Origin: an uncultured cyanobacterium | GTDB lineage: Bacteria > Cyanobacteriota > Cyanobacteriia > Cyanobacteriales > Cyanobacteriaceae | Assembly: GCA_963749915.1 (NCBI GenBank) | Contig: CAVVOP010000008.1 | Coordinates: 96,001-160,000, forward strand | Length of the DNA: 64,000 bases | Reading direction: 5' to 3' | Shown here: positions 43,664 to 55,552 of the stretch, one piece after another | Layout of the letters: each line of letters begins with the position of its first letter | How positions within the stretch are numbered: the first letter of the stretch is position 1 | Program-made: the position numbers and the translations under genes | The notes under the pieces: generated by a model | What the model saw: only the letters and a program-made list of their open reading frames with translations | Databases searched by the model: none | Told to the model about the DNA's origin: nothing

Positions 43664-45014
43664 CGGATGAGAGACAAGATGTTAATTTTGTCAAAATTAA
43701 GTGAAAGAAAATTATGATAACTTTTATAGGTTAGAAATAAGCATAGCTGATGTAGTGGAAAGAGAGTAATGAGACAAATACAACCCTATCCCGAAGAAAT
43801 AGAAGAAAAAATGATTAGATACTATAATAGTCTATCAGAAAAAGAGCGAAGGCGTTATGCAGCCATAGAAGCTGAAAAATTGGGGTATGGAGGCATAAGT
43901 TATATCGTCAGGCTGTTCGGATGTCGTCCGGATACAATCAAAAGAGGGTTGTCAGACTTAGAATCCACCGAATTAATCAATGAAGATCGTATCAGAGAAA
44001 AAGGAGGCGGAAGAAAAAAATCTATCGAGGTAATTGAAGGTATTAACGAGGCCTTTTTAAGAGTCATAGACAGACATATTGCGGGTTCACCTATGAATGA
44101 ATCAGAGAGATGGACACATTTAACCCGCCAACAAATAGCAGATTTACTCGAACAGGAAGAAGAAATAAAAATTAGTGTAACAGTTATAGATCAGTTACTA
44201 TTCAAGCAGAATTTTCGTCGTCGTCAGGCAGAGAAAACTAAAGCTACAGGCAGTAATCCTCATAGAAATGAGCAGTTTGAACAAATTAATAGTTGGATTG
44301 AATCCTATCAACAACAACAGAATCCAGTAATTAGTATGGATACAAAAAAAAAGAAAAATTAGGACAATTATATCGAGAGGGAAAAACGAGAAACCAAAAG
44401 CCGATTGAAGTCTATGACCATGACTGGGCCTCTTTAGCGACAGGAAAAGTTATTCCTCACGGTTTATATGATCTAAGCTACAATCTAGGATATATGAATA
44501 TAGGTACATCTGACGATACCAGTGAGTTTGCCTGTGATTCAATTCGTCATTGGTGGGTTAATTATGGTTCGATACTTTACCCATTCGCTACTTCTATTTT
44601 ACTCTTATGTGACGGGGAAGGAAGCAATAGCTCTCGTTCCTACTTATTTAAAGAAGCATTATGCCAACTATCTCAAGAATTAGGAATCGAAATCAGAATT
44701 GCCCATTATCCTCCTTATACTTCCAAATATAACCCCATTGAACATCGCTTATTTCCTCATATCACCCGTGCTTGTACTGGAGTTATTTTTGATAGTCATG
44801 AAACGGTGAAAAATTTGATGGCAAAAGCAGAAACTCGTTCAGGATTAAAAGTATTTGCCTCTATAATTGATAAAGTCTATGAAACAGGAAAAAAAGTGGC
44901 TCAAGACTTCAAAGAAAATATGAGTATCATTTTTGATCAAGATCTCCCCCAATGGAATTATGTAGCCACACCAAAATCTTCATAAGTTTACTAAATAATT
45001 AAATCCTCATTCCT
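43664..45014 (+). mobile_element. ISAzo13-family insertion sequence
   Basis: Ends GGATGAG and CTCATTCC enclose a two-ORF transposase. End coordinates are approximate. Confidence 0.8.
43769..44985 (+). CDS. ISAzo13 transposase in two ORFs joined by a -1 frameshift
   Basis: LSEKERRRYAA, GGGRK, SMDTKKK, then YDHDW, DTSEFA and SKYNPIEHRLF. A9G run at 44344-44353. Confidence 0.85.
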
Positions 45015-45148
45015 AAGAAGACTGATATCTGAACGATCGCTATTCCTAGCAAAAGAGCAAACGTATTTGATTTGGGATACGGCAGTTCTGACGCAAACTA
45101 CAATAACCAGTTACACTTTAATCATATAGAGGCTTAAGCCAGAAGACA

Positions 45149-45176
45149 TCCCCCAAAAGGGGGGAGAAATGGGTGA
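45149..45176 (+). repeat. 28-bp hairpin-containing repeat, copy 1
   Basis: TCCCCCAAAAGGGGGGAGAAATGGGTGA, 25/28 identical to 49681-49708. Confidence 0.7.
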
Positions 45177-45351
45177 TTTTTAGTAGAACTCTTCTTCTAA
45201 AATTATCAAAGTTACTCAACTCACAAATATATCTCTCAGCTCCTCTTTATCTTGATAAGCTCGGACGCGTTTACCTGAAGTTTTTTAGTAATTTTTTTAA
45301 GCCTGTAGAACTCTTATAGCTTCAACGTATAGTTGCTATTTTTTATTCCTT

Positions 45352-45627
45352 CTACTTTTTGCTCACCATTCTGTCATATTCTGCATGTGGACCTATCCAA
45401 AACCATACTATCTTGTCTTCTTTTTCTTTCATGACTCCTAGTGCTCTCCATCCAATTCCTACCCTCACTGACCAAATATTCTGATTAGGTTTAATCTTCT
45501 TGAACTGTAAACTTGGATGAAATGGATTATTCCTCCAAAGCTCATAGTTCTTTCTCGCAGTTTCTCTTACTCCCTGAGGTAGTTTCAAAAATAACTTCCG
45601 AAAATTGTTGGTTCTGGATGAGTTCAT
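45352..45627 (-). CDS. RelE/ParE-like toxin
   Basis: NPFHPSLQFKK, WSVRVG and WFWIGPHAEYD. Coupled to the upstream acidic ORF. Confidence 0.8.
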   Translation of the reverse strand: MNSSRTNNFRKLFLKLPQGVRETARKNYELWRNNPFHPSLQFKKIKPNQNIWSVRVGIGWRALGVMKEKEDKIVWFWIGPHAEYDRMVSKK

Positions 45628-45854
45628 TACTCTTCGCCAAAACCTTTCTCTTCAGTTTTCCCCTCTTCCTCTTCTGTTAGTGCTGCTTGAGCCATTTGTT
45701 GAAGAATATCTATGTTAACGTCCGGATTAGACAGAGTTTCTTGCCATTTCAGTTCATTTTGAATATCTTCTAGAAGTTGTTGAGCAATTTCATCCTGAAG
45801 CTCGCTCGGTAATTTTTGGGCTTCCTTTAATGCTTGTTCCAGTAAAGTGGTCAT
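45627..45854 (-). CDS. Putative antitoxin
   Basis: MTTLLEQA..LPSELQDEIA; acidic 75-aa protein whose stop overlaps the toxin start. Confidence 0.78.
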   Translation of the reverse strand: MTTLLEQALKEAQKLPSELQDEIAQQLLEDIQNELKWQETLSNPDVNIDILQQMAQAALTEEEEGKTEEKGFGEE

Positions 45855-45945
45855 AATTTTCCTCTCTTTTTGCTCCAGATAAAAATTTCTCCCTAGGCTC
45901 TATTGTAATGGACATTCAGCAACCCTATGATCGGCAATTTTTAAC

Positions 45946-47223
45946 CTACTTGGGAAAGAGCAAGGTCATTTGAATGCGAAGAGTCCAGTCTGCTGCACCT
46001 TCTGGTTTGACGACATTCCAAAAACCTTGGAGTTGCATATTCACAGGTTGATTGCCAATCTTGAATACTCGGCCAAATCCACCGCCGATGGGTAAAGTCC
46101 ACTTCTCCCCTGTTCCTAACCAGTTGGCGGTAATAATGGGAGACGTTGTCACATACCAACCATCATCAAAATTGTAATTAAAGAAGGGCTGAATGGTAAG
46201 AAGACTGACATCTGAGCGATCGCTTTTTCCCACAAAAGACCAGACGTTGCTAACCAATGCCCCAGTCACAATCCTGTCGGTGGTTACCAAGCCAATTGCA
46301 GAGGGACCAATGGACCATTTATCAGACCCTAGCACGGTATCCGTAGTGGTGGGAAGCACGACAGTTGGACCGATACCCCAAGTAAAGTTTCCTGAGCCTT
46401 TAGGGGAGAAAAAGCCCTGATAGGTTATAGCTCCTAAACCAAAAACATTCCCAACATTAGGAGCAAGTTCGGGCTGATAAGCTACCGGGATAATAGTTCG
46501 ATTAATTAACAGCCAATCTTCGCTGATGGACGTGGGTAGCACTGGTTGAATGTTCATGATGTTGCTGGTGCGATCAAATTCCCCAACACCAAAGTTAGTG
46601 CTGTTTTGAAACGGCACAGAAATCAGATTGGCGATGGGGTTTTGGGATTGTTTGGCTAGATCTGCTTGGCTGGAAGAAGATTGAGCATTCTCATTATTAG
46701 CTTGGGTGAGCTGAGTTTTATTAATTGGCAATTCTATGCTTGTCTCAACCAATGATTCTTTTGTCTGAGAGCTTATGAGATTCGGGGATATGCGATCACC
46801 TGTATCCGAATGCTCGATCAGCAAGTCTTTAGCCTTAATACTGACTTCTTGTCTAGGAAAGTTCTCTTTTAAGTTTCGGCGTTGGGAGTCTTCAAGCCTT
46901 GCCCTGTTTGTCTTGCCATCAGCAGTTTGTAAAAAACTTACATCTGTGAGCGAAGGTAAGATCTTGAATGGCAAAGGGACTTTGTCGAAAGTTTTATCCT
47001 TGTAGATTCCTTTGGAGGTATCTGGGATCTTCAAACTATGGTCAAGCTCGAACTCGCTAAAGAATATTCCCACCGTACCGGTGATCGGTACCAACTGCTC
47101 TAACTCTTCCATGCTCTGTTGAATCTTTCCCGTGTTCTGTGCTCTGACTTTGTGTCCCCAGCTGGTGGTCATCAGTCCAGCTAGAGACAGGCTCGTTATT
47201 ATTTGTTTAATAAATTTTTTCAT
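45946..47223 (-). CDS. Putative outer-membrane beta-barrel of the type found in sulfatase clusters, with a long N-terminal extension
   Basis: Signal peptide, DLAKQSQNPIANLISVPFQN, NIQPVLP, IQPFFNYN and WTLPIGGG; C-terminal LLFPK. Confidence 0.75.
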   Translation of the reverse strand: MKKFIKQIITSLSLAGLMTTSWGHKVRAQNTGKIQQSMEELEQLVPITGTVGIFFSEFELDHSLKIPDTSKGIYKDKTFDKVPLPFKILPSLTDVSFLQTADGKTNRARLEDSQRRNLKENFPRQEVSIKAKDLLIEHSDTGDRISPNLISSQTKESLVETSIELPINKTQLTQANNENAQSSSSQADLAKQSQNPIANLISVPFQNSTNFGVGEFDRTSNIMNIQPVLPTSISEDWLLINRTIIPVAYQPELAPNVGNVFGLGAITYQGFFSPKGSGNFTWGIGPTVVLPTTTDTVLGSDKWSIGPSAIGLVTTDRIVTGALVSNVWSFVGKSDRSDVSLLTIQPFFNYNFDDGWYVTTSPIITANWLGTGEKWTLPIGGGFGRVFKIGNQPVNMQLQGFWNVVKPEGAADWTLRIQMTLLFPK

Positions 47224-47349
47224 TTAATTAAAAGACGAATATTTGTATTCGTATAGAACCAGAGACTGAAAAATTATTTCTCCCCCTGCCCCCTCATCTG
47301 CCCCTGCTCCCCCTGCTCTTAAAGAGTTTTCAGCTTATTTTAGTGCCAT

Positions 47350-48155
47350 TCGATGCGAGGACAGCCGCCGTGGCAGGCGAATCGCACCTCACAGTCGCGG
47401 CAGTATTGGGGCAGGGTGTCTCGTTTGGCCAGTCCGAAGACCCGCTGCTGCTCCGAAGCGACCAGTTCGATCATCGGTGTTTCGGTGATGTTGCCCAAGT
47501 GGTAATCCGGCTCCACGAAGTGGTCACAGGAATAGAGGTCACCGTTATGCTCCAGGGCTAGCGCCTGGCCGCAGGTCTCCGAGAAGACACACACACAGGG
47601 AGGCTCTCCATACCAGTTGGCCAAGGCTACGTCGAACATCTGCACGAACACCTCGCCCACGTCCCGCTTTACCCACTCGTCGAAAATGGCGATCAGAAAC
47701 TGTCCGAAGGCGGTGGCATCGACGCTGCGATCGATCGGTGACCTGGTTGCCGTCTTGTACATAGAGCGGTCGCTTCTCATTGCGGTGGGTACTCCACCCT
47801 TGGTTGGCCAGCGGTAGCAAGGATTCAGTGGTGCGTTCCACGATGGGGATGAACTGCAGAAACGGCACCCCCATTGCATCCCGGAAGAACCGATAGACCT
47901 CCACAGGATGATCCTGGTTGGCTGCATTGACGACGGTACACAGCACGTTCACATCAACGTTGTGCGCTTGGAGATGTTGGTACCCGGCCATAACCTGAGC
48001 GAAAGAACCCTTGCCCTGTTTGTCGACCCGGTAGCGATCATGGAGCTGGCGGGGGCCATCTACCGATAAGCCGACTAGGAAGTTGTGCTGCTTGAGGAAC
48101 GCTGCCCAGCGATCGTCGATCTTTGTGCCGTTGGTCTGGATGGTGTACTGTACCC
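47350..48155 (-). pseudogene. Anaerobic sulfatase maturase (radical SAM/SPASM) fragment
   Basis: IQTNGT, GLSVDGP, QFIPIVE, CVFSETCG, EHNGDLYSCDHFV and CRDCEVRFACHGGCP. The N-terminal CxxxCxxC is missing and there is a frameshift at about 47730. Confidence 0.9.
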
Positions 48156-49606
48156 TCTGCCCTGGAACTGGTTTGCCGCACCTTTGGGATAGTCGTCTGT
48201 GACCGGCAGAGCCAGGTCACAGCCAATATCCAAAGTCTCGTCGGCGGAGAAGACAAAAGGTACGGTCTTGTCGATATGCCCTTCACCAACTTTCTCGTTA
48301 TTGATATAGAGGGTGCCGGTGCCGCCGCTTCCAGGCTGACCGCCATCAAAGTTGAAGTGATAGCGGATGTTGACTGTGCCGACAGGCAGGGGTTTGGTCG
48401 CCTCCACGTAGTAGTAGTCAACGTCAAACCAATTGTGAACATACTTAACTACTCCAGCCTTGACATAGAGATACCATTGAGGGCCATTAACTCATTGAAG
48501 GTGCCGTCTAACCCACCCTCGGCACTGGCCCCGTTGTCCCCGGCGATGTAGATAAACAGGGTGTTGTCATATTTGTCCATGTCTTGGAGGGCCTCGATCA
48601 CCCGCATAACCTGGGCATCGGTGTGTTCGGCCATGCCCGCATAGGCTTCCATTAGGCGACTATAGACGGTTTTCTGAGTCTCATTCAACTCATCCCAAGC
48701 GACAACTCCTTCGGGGCGACCAGTTAGTTCTGTGTCGGGGGGCACCAATCCCTTAGACTTCATATTGGCCAGGGTCTCATCACGCACCGCGTCCCAACCC
48801 TTTTCAAATTTGCCCTTGTACTTGTCAATCCATTCTTGGGAAACATGATGCGAGGCATGGGTAGCACCAAACGAGAGATAGAGGAAGAAGGGCTTGTCTG
48901 GTGTCAATACATCCAGACCCCGCATCCAGCCGATGGCCTTGTCGGTGATATCCTCGGAGAAGTGGTAGCCCTCTTCCGCCGTAGCTGGAGGTTCAACTGG
49001 ACTGGTGCCATTGAATAGGGTGGGAGCCCACTGGTTGGTCCTGACAAGGGTAGGTTTTTAACATTTGGGTTGAGACAAGACAAGGAAGGAACGAAGGACA
49101 GCAGACAAGGAAGATAATACAAATGGAAAATGGTCTTTTCAGCAATTATCGTATTACTTGTAACTAAATATTTTTTAAAGAATTTCCCTCTTCCTTGTCC
49201 ACTTTCCACCCTTGTCCACCTTGTCTCACCTCCACCAGAATGCTATTGTAAAAAACCTACACTTGTGAGACTGGTTGGTCTCGCCGCCGACAAAGCCGTA
49301 GAATTTCTCGAAGCCCTCGCCGGTGGGCCGGCGATCAAAGGGGCCGGACATACTCACTTCCCAGGTGGGGGTCTGGTGTGCCTTGCCCACGCATCCGGTG
49401 CTATAGCCGTTGAGCCGCAGCATCTCGGCAATGGTGGCGACGGTGTTGGGGCGAATACTGTCGTTACCTGGTGCGCCTTGGGGTGGGCGTAGCGGTTCGA
49501 TAGGCGGGAATTCAGCATCCCGCGCGTCCAGCGCCATTTTGCCCTTGACAGGCAGGTCAGGAATGGGAAGAATCTCGCGTCCAGTCACGTCAGGTGTCTG
49601 TGCCAT
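48156..49606 (-). pseudogene. Arylsulfatase with internal deletions and a MITE insertion
   Basis: LPIPD, GFEKFYGFVGGETNQ|WAP, DKPFFLY, GATH and GDNGASAEGG, plus a C-terminal domain. The CxPxR segment is deleted. Confidence 0.9.
49041..49269. mobile_element. 229-bp MITE with 23-bp imperfect TIRs and an 11-bp TSD
   Basis: TIRs CTGACAAGGGTAGGTTTTTAACA and TGTAAAAAACCTACACTTGTGAG; TSD ACTGGTTGGTC at 49030-49040 and 49270-49280. Excision restores GGETNQWAPTL. Confidence 0.93.
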
Positions 49607-49680
49607 GTTCAGTCTCTTTATACAGGTTTTTGAATTCAATCAGTTTGCTTTCATTCTATGAAGACTTGAGGACATTGTCC

Positions 49681-49708
49681 TCCTCCAAAAAGGAGGAGAA
49701 ATGGGTGA
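49681..49708 (+). repeat. 28-bp hairpin-containing repeat, copy 2
   Basis: TCCTCCAAAAAGGAGGAGAAATGGGTGA. Confidence 0.7.
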
Positions 49709-49797
49709 GATTTATTGTCGGCGGCAAAAGGGAGCGGAAAGGGAACGAGAGCGATCGCATTATGAAATGAAATGATGTGTTAAAGTAAAAATTAAGA

Positions 49798-49816
49798 TGT
49801 ACGGAGTTACCGTACA
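49798..49816. promoter_or_regulatory. Palindromic operator of yefM-yoeB
   Basis: TGTACGG-AGTTA-CCGTACA about 45 bp upstream of yefM. TGTAC cores are typical of YefM operators. Confidence 0.6.
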
Positions 49817-49861
49817 ATAGCTTCTCTGTACTCAAAAAAAAATTACTTCTATGAATAGTAG

Positions 49862-50134
49862 ATGAACAGTATAAGTGTTAACCAGTTTAGAGAAAATTTA
49901 AAGAGTTGCGTGGAGGAAGTAATTAATTCCCATGCTCCTCTCAAAGTCACTCGTCGTAATGGTAAGGACTTCGTAGTAATCAGTGCTGATGATTGGGAAA
50001 GAGAACAAGAAACTCTTTATGTTTTACAAAATAATAGTTTAATACAGCAAATAGCTGAGTCCTTTACCACTCATACCAAAGCTCAAGGTTATCAGCCCAG
50101 CGAGGAACAACTTGATGAGATCATTGGTATTTGA
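49862..50134 (+). CDS. yefM: Phd/YefM antitoxin
   Basis: NQFRENLK, VTRRNGKDFVVISADDW and ETLY. Confidence 0.9.
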   Translation: MNSISVNQFRENLKSCVEEVINSHAPLKVTRRNGKDFVVISADDWEREQETLYVLQNNSLIQQIAESFTTHTKAQGYQPSEEQLDEIIGI

Positions 50135-50384
50135 AGGGAAAACATGGCTTGTCTATGAAGAACTGCGAGAAAAAGATAAAAAGCTACACAAGAGTTTGTG
50201 TAAGATTTTGAAGGAGATGCTTCGTTGTGATCCTAGTACTGGGTTAGGAAAGCCAGAACCTTTGAAGCACAATTTATCAGGTTTATGGTCGAGGTGTATC
50301 TCTCAAAAGGATAGACTGATCTACAAATTCGACGACGAATCTATTTATATTTTTGCGATTGGTGGACATTATGATAGTTTCTAG
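50115..50384 (+). CDS. yoeB: Txe/YoeB toxin
   Basis: GLGKPEPLKHNLSGLWSR, DRLIY and GGHY. Confidence 0.92.
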   Translation: MRSLVFEGKTWLVYEELREKDKKLHKSLCKILKEMLRCDPSTGLGKPEPLKHNLSGLWSRCISQKDRLIYKFDDESIYIFAIGGHYDSF

Positions 50385-50424
50385 CCTTAACAATATCTTC
50401 GCCAACCAAAAGGAAAGAAGAGGG

Positions 50425-50880
50425 CTAAAAGGCAAAGTGCGATCGCAGTGCGAAGACCCAAATGGTGTCTTTTTGGGGGTTGAGTGCTGGGTTGATTAGC
50501 AATTGCACGACCGGTGTGATGCTGATTTCCCTTGTTAGTTGCAAGCGGAAGTAACTCTCAATCGCATACTGATTCCTCAAACCAGAGCCAAATAACTCAT
50601 CATTCGGTTGTCCCCAGTTGACTCCGAATCCGAGTTGGCTTCCGGGTACTGGGTGGGGCTGGCAATATAAATGAATCCCAAGCTTACCGCCTTCTGTAGG
50701 AGGCTGCCCCCGCCTTCTGAGAAACCTGCTCTGGCGAACACAATCCAGTTGTCATCAATGGAACCCAATCACAGCCTCAACATTGCCGTTGTTCCAACTC
50801 TGACTCCAATAAAGGTTCGTCAAATGCCAGCCGTCGTCGGCAAAAGGAATCTCGATCGCACCGATATAGCCAAGATTATT
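50425..50880 (-). pseudogene. Carbohydrate (OprB-like) porin remnant
   Basis: Hand translation across frames gives NLGYIGAIEIPFADDGWHLTNLYWSQ, then WIVFARAGFSEGGGSLLQKAVSLGF, then QLGFGVNWGQPNDELFGSGLRNQYAIESYFRLQLTREISITPVVQLLINPALNPQKDTIWVFALRSHFAF*. Confidence 0.72.
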
Positions 50881-50889
50881 AAAAGCATA

Positions 50890-52078
50890 AGCTAAGACGC
50901 ATTTAACTTACATTTATTAATTCACCCTTATTCTTGATTTTTTTGCTCCAATTAATCACTAAACCTCCTTCATTTAATAATTGATTCACTGTTTTTGCTA
51001 ATTGTTCTTTATTTTCAAAATCTCGATGAGCTATAAATTCTTTAGCCGAATGCCATACTAATTCTATTAAGTTATAATCTGGACTATATACTGGTAAATA
51101 CTCTAATCTTATATTTGATAAATTTGTTTCTATTCTTTCTATTATTTCTTTCTTTTTATGGAAACTCGCATTATCTAAAATTATTATTATTTTTGGTCCT
51201 TTTTTTTCAAAATCTTTTTCATTATTTCCCTTACTTATCCATTCTTTTTTTACTTCTTCTTTTAACTTTTCTATTTTCTCATAAAATGTTTCTGAGTTCC
51301 CTTTCTCTATCATAAAGCACAGTCTTTTTTTATCTGAATATCTTAAGCCTCCCATGATATTTACTCTTCCTCTTCTTCTTTGTCCCTTGATTTTTTTTCT
51401 CTTTCCTTTTTTTGTCCATGTTTTTCTTCTTATTACCCTTAAACTAAAACCACACTCATCCCAAAACCATATCTGGAGTAATTCCTGATTTTCTTTACTT
51501 ATTTTTATATAATCTTCTAATTTTTCTTTAAATGCCTTTCTTTCTTCTTTATTTTGCTTATCTTCCAAACTATATTTTCCCCAAATATAACTATACTTTT
51601 TTCTTTTTAATATTCTCGCTATTTGTGATTTACTTAATTTAATTCCTGTTTCTTTTTCGAGATGTTCTGACAATCTTTTCCCTGTCCATCGCCCAAATTC
51701 ATATCCTAAATCTTCGGGGGTCTTGTCCACCACTTCTAACAATATTTCGATATATTTATCCGTTGCTTTTATCTGATTTCCTTTTCTTCTTTTATCTTGT
51801 AATGAATCTACATTATTAGGATTACCATGCACTGCCCAATACGCTACTGTTTTTGTGGAACAACCTAAAAAATCTGCTATTTGTTGATAATTTTTGCCAT
51901 CATTTTCTAATAAAAATATCAAAATCCTTTGCCTAACTTCTGATCTATTTTCCGTTTTTAAGGAATTTTGGAGATATTTTTTTTCTTCATCCGACAAAAA
52001 GTTTTTAATAGGCATGGATTTTCATCAATTTTAATATTTTCTGACTTAAATTATATCCTAGATTGATGCGTCTTAGCT
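50890..52078 (-). mobile_element. IS630-family insertion sequence, apparently intact
   Basis: TIRs AGCTAAGACGCA and TGCGTCTTAGCT, each flanked by TA (50888-89 and 52079-80). Confidence 0.93.
50903..52015 (-). CDS. IS630 transposase
   Basis: HTH, FWDECGF, ILDNASFH and YSPDYNLIE (DDE) in one uninterrupted ORF. Confidence 0.95.
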   Translation of the reverse strand: MPIKNFLSDEEKKYLQNSLKTENRSEVRQRILIFLLENDGKNYQQIADFLGCSTKTVAYWAVHGNPNNVDSLQDKRRKGNQIKATDKYIEILLEVVDKTPEDLGYEFGRWTGKRLSEHLEKETGIKLSKSQIARILKRKKYSYIWGKYSLEDKQNKEERKAFKEKLEDYIKISKENQELLQIWFWDECGFSLRVIRRKTWTKKGKRKKIKGQRRRGRVNIMGGLRYSDKKRLCFMIEKGNSETFYEKIEKLKEEVKKEWISKGNNEKDFEKKGPKIIIILDNASFHKKKEIIERIETNLSNIRLEYLPVYSPDYNLIELVWHSAKEFIAHRDFENKEQLAKTVNQLLNEGGLVINWSKKIKNKGELINVS

Positions 52079-52080
52079 TA

Positions 52081-53344
52081 GCGCATCTTATAGTGGGGCT
52101 TTTGCTGAGTATGAGATTGAGTTTTTGCCAGGAAATACTGTCCGGATCGCAGACACGGTACCCAATCGCGATGGCAATGATACCCTTGAGGGAGTTGATA
52201 GGGGACAGTTTTCTGATAAGTCTATCAGCCTTGCTCCAGGTCAGGACATTTCCTTCGTAATTGACACAACCGGCAGTATGGGGGACGATATTGATGAAGT
52301 CAAGGCCAGTGCAACCGACATCATTGATGCGATCTTTGACGAAGATAACAGTATTCTAAATTCCCGGGTTTCAGTGGTTGGATACAATGACCCCGGAACG
52401 AACACGTTTCTTTCCTTTACCGATCAACCCAAAATAGAAGATCGAAAGGCTGCAGCACTCGCTGCAATTAACAGCATCTCAGTTGGTGGCGGTGGCGATT
52501 TCCCCGAGCTGGTCTACTCTGGACTCATCCGGTCATTGGATGGCAGTGCTGGGGAATGGCGTGAAGAAGCGATCGCTCGCCGGATTATTCTGTTCGGAGA
52601 CGCCCCTGCCAAAGATACTTCCCTTCTATCGCAGGTCTTTACACTTGCTGCTGATGTTGGGGTTTCCACGAGTGGCCTATTATCGATTCCGAGTAGCATT
52701 GAGACTCGCAGTCTGGCTACTGGCCTTGATATGGTGACTTTTGATTTAACAATAACCGATGAAGGCTTAGTTCGCACTCGAGTTCCAGTTGAAATCTTCG
52801 CGGTTCAGATTGGCTCCGATTCATCCACAGCTAAGGAGACGGAAGCTTCAAAGTTGAGTTAGATGCCAAAGGTGATGGCTTTAAACTCAAAGAGGAAATT
52901 GCAGGTCCAATTGATAAGATTTTCATCAACAGTCTGGGTGAGAAGGATCGAGTTGAAGTCAAGACCAAAGACACTCTGACTGGGGTAGGATCTGGAGCCG
53001 CCTTTGTTGGAGTTAGCGAGATGGACGAACTCAAAGGCAATGACGGTAGCGATATCTTTGCCCTGGGAGAAACTGGCCAGGTCTATTACGATGATGAAGA
53101 TCCCCTCACTCCCGGCTTGGATGATTATGCCCTGATTGCGGACTTTAAAGTTGAAGACGGGGATATGATTCGCCTCAGTGGCAGCAGTGAAGACTATGTT
53201 TTGGATACTTCCCCAACAAGCAATTTACCTGGGGGTATAGCCATTTTTCTCACTGCGGGTCAAAGTGACAACGAACTGATTGCGATCGTTGAGGGGAGTC
53301 AGAACTTGAATCTCAATGACTCGACCGTGTTTGAGTTTGTCTAG
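52081..53344 (+). pseudogene. 3' remnant of a VWA + RTX-type secreted protein
   Basis: MIDAS FVIDTTGSM and ILFGDAP; C-terminal DIFALG..YYDD..DYALIADF..ELIAIVEG. The 5' end is lost at IS630 and the frame breaks at about 52835. Confidence 0.8.
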
Positions 53345-53402
53345 ATAGCTAACTTTTCACTGCATCTCTGAAACCCAGCAAAACAAGGGTTTCACTTCAA
53401 GC

Positions 53403-55061
<1,659 letters not shown>

Positions 55062-55107
55062 TTATCACTGACAATTATCGAAAGTAAGGACTTGATGGTA
55101 TTTTATA

Positions 55108-55421
55108 CTGAGATCTTGCACCTTTGCTAAAAGCTCTAAAAATTTAGGTTTTAGGTTTTAGGTTTTAGGTTAAGAAAAAAGAAGTAAATTCGAGTTATTG
55201 TGGGAAAAGTCCCCTTAATTCTTGTCTCAACTTTTAAAAATAGCTAAAAAATGCCAAAACGAACGGTGCTTCCCACACTTCCCACACTTCCCACACTTCC
55301 CACACTTCCTGCACTCCCCACACTTCTCATTTGATCAAGTTTTTCAGCTTAACCGAGTAGTATTGACACCTAACCCCTAACACCTTTTATTAAGTATTTA
55401 TGTACTAGTGTAAGATCTGAG
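55108..55421. mobile_element. Composite MITE containing simple tandem repeats
   Basis: TIRs CTGAGATCTTGCAC and GTGTAAGATCTGAG (12/14); TSD TTATA at 55103-07 and 55422-26. Contains TTTAGGT and TTCCCACAC tandem repeats. Confidence 0.75.
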
Positions 55422-55552
55422 TTATACGCAACTTGTTTTAACGGTTTTAAGTTATCACCGAAAAGTTTATTTCTCGTTTTTTTACCTCACGAATTTCTAG
55501 TATGATTTTTAATCACGGGTTGTCAATTTATAGTTAATCTTATAGAAAAATC

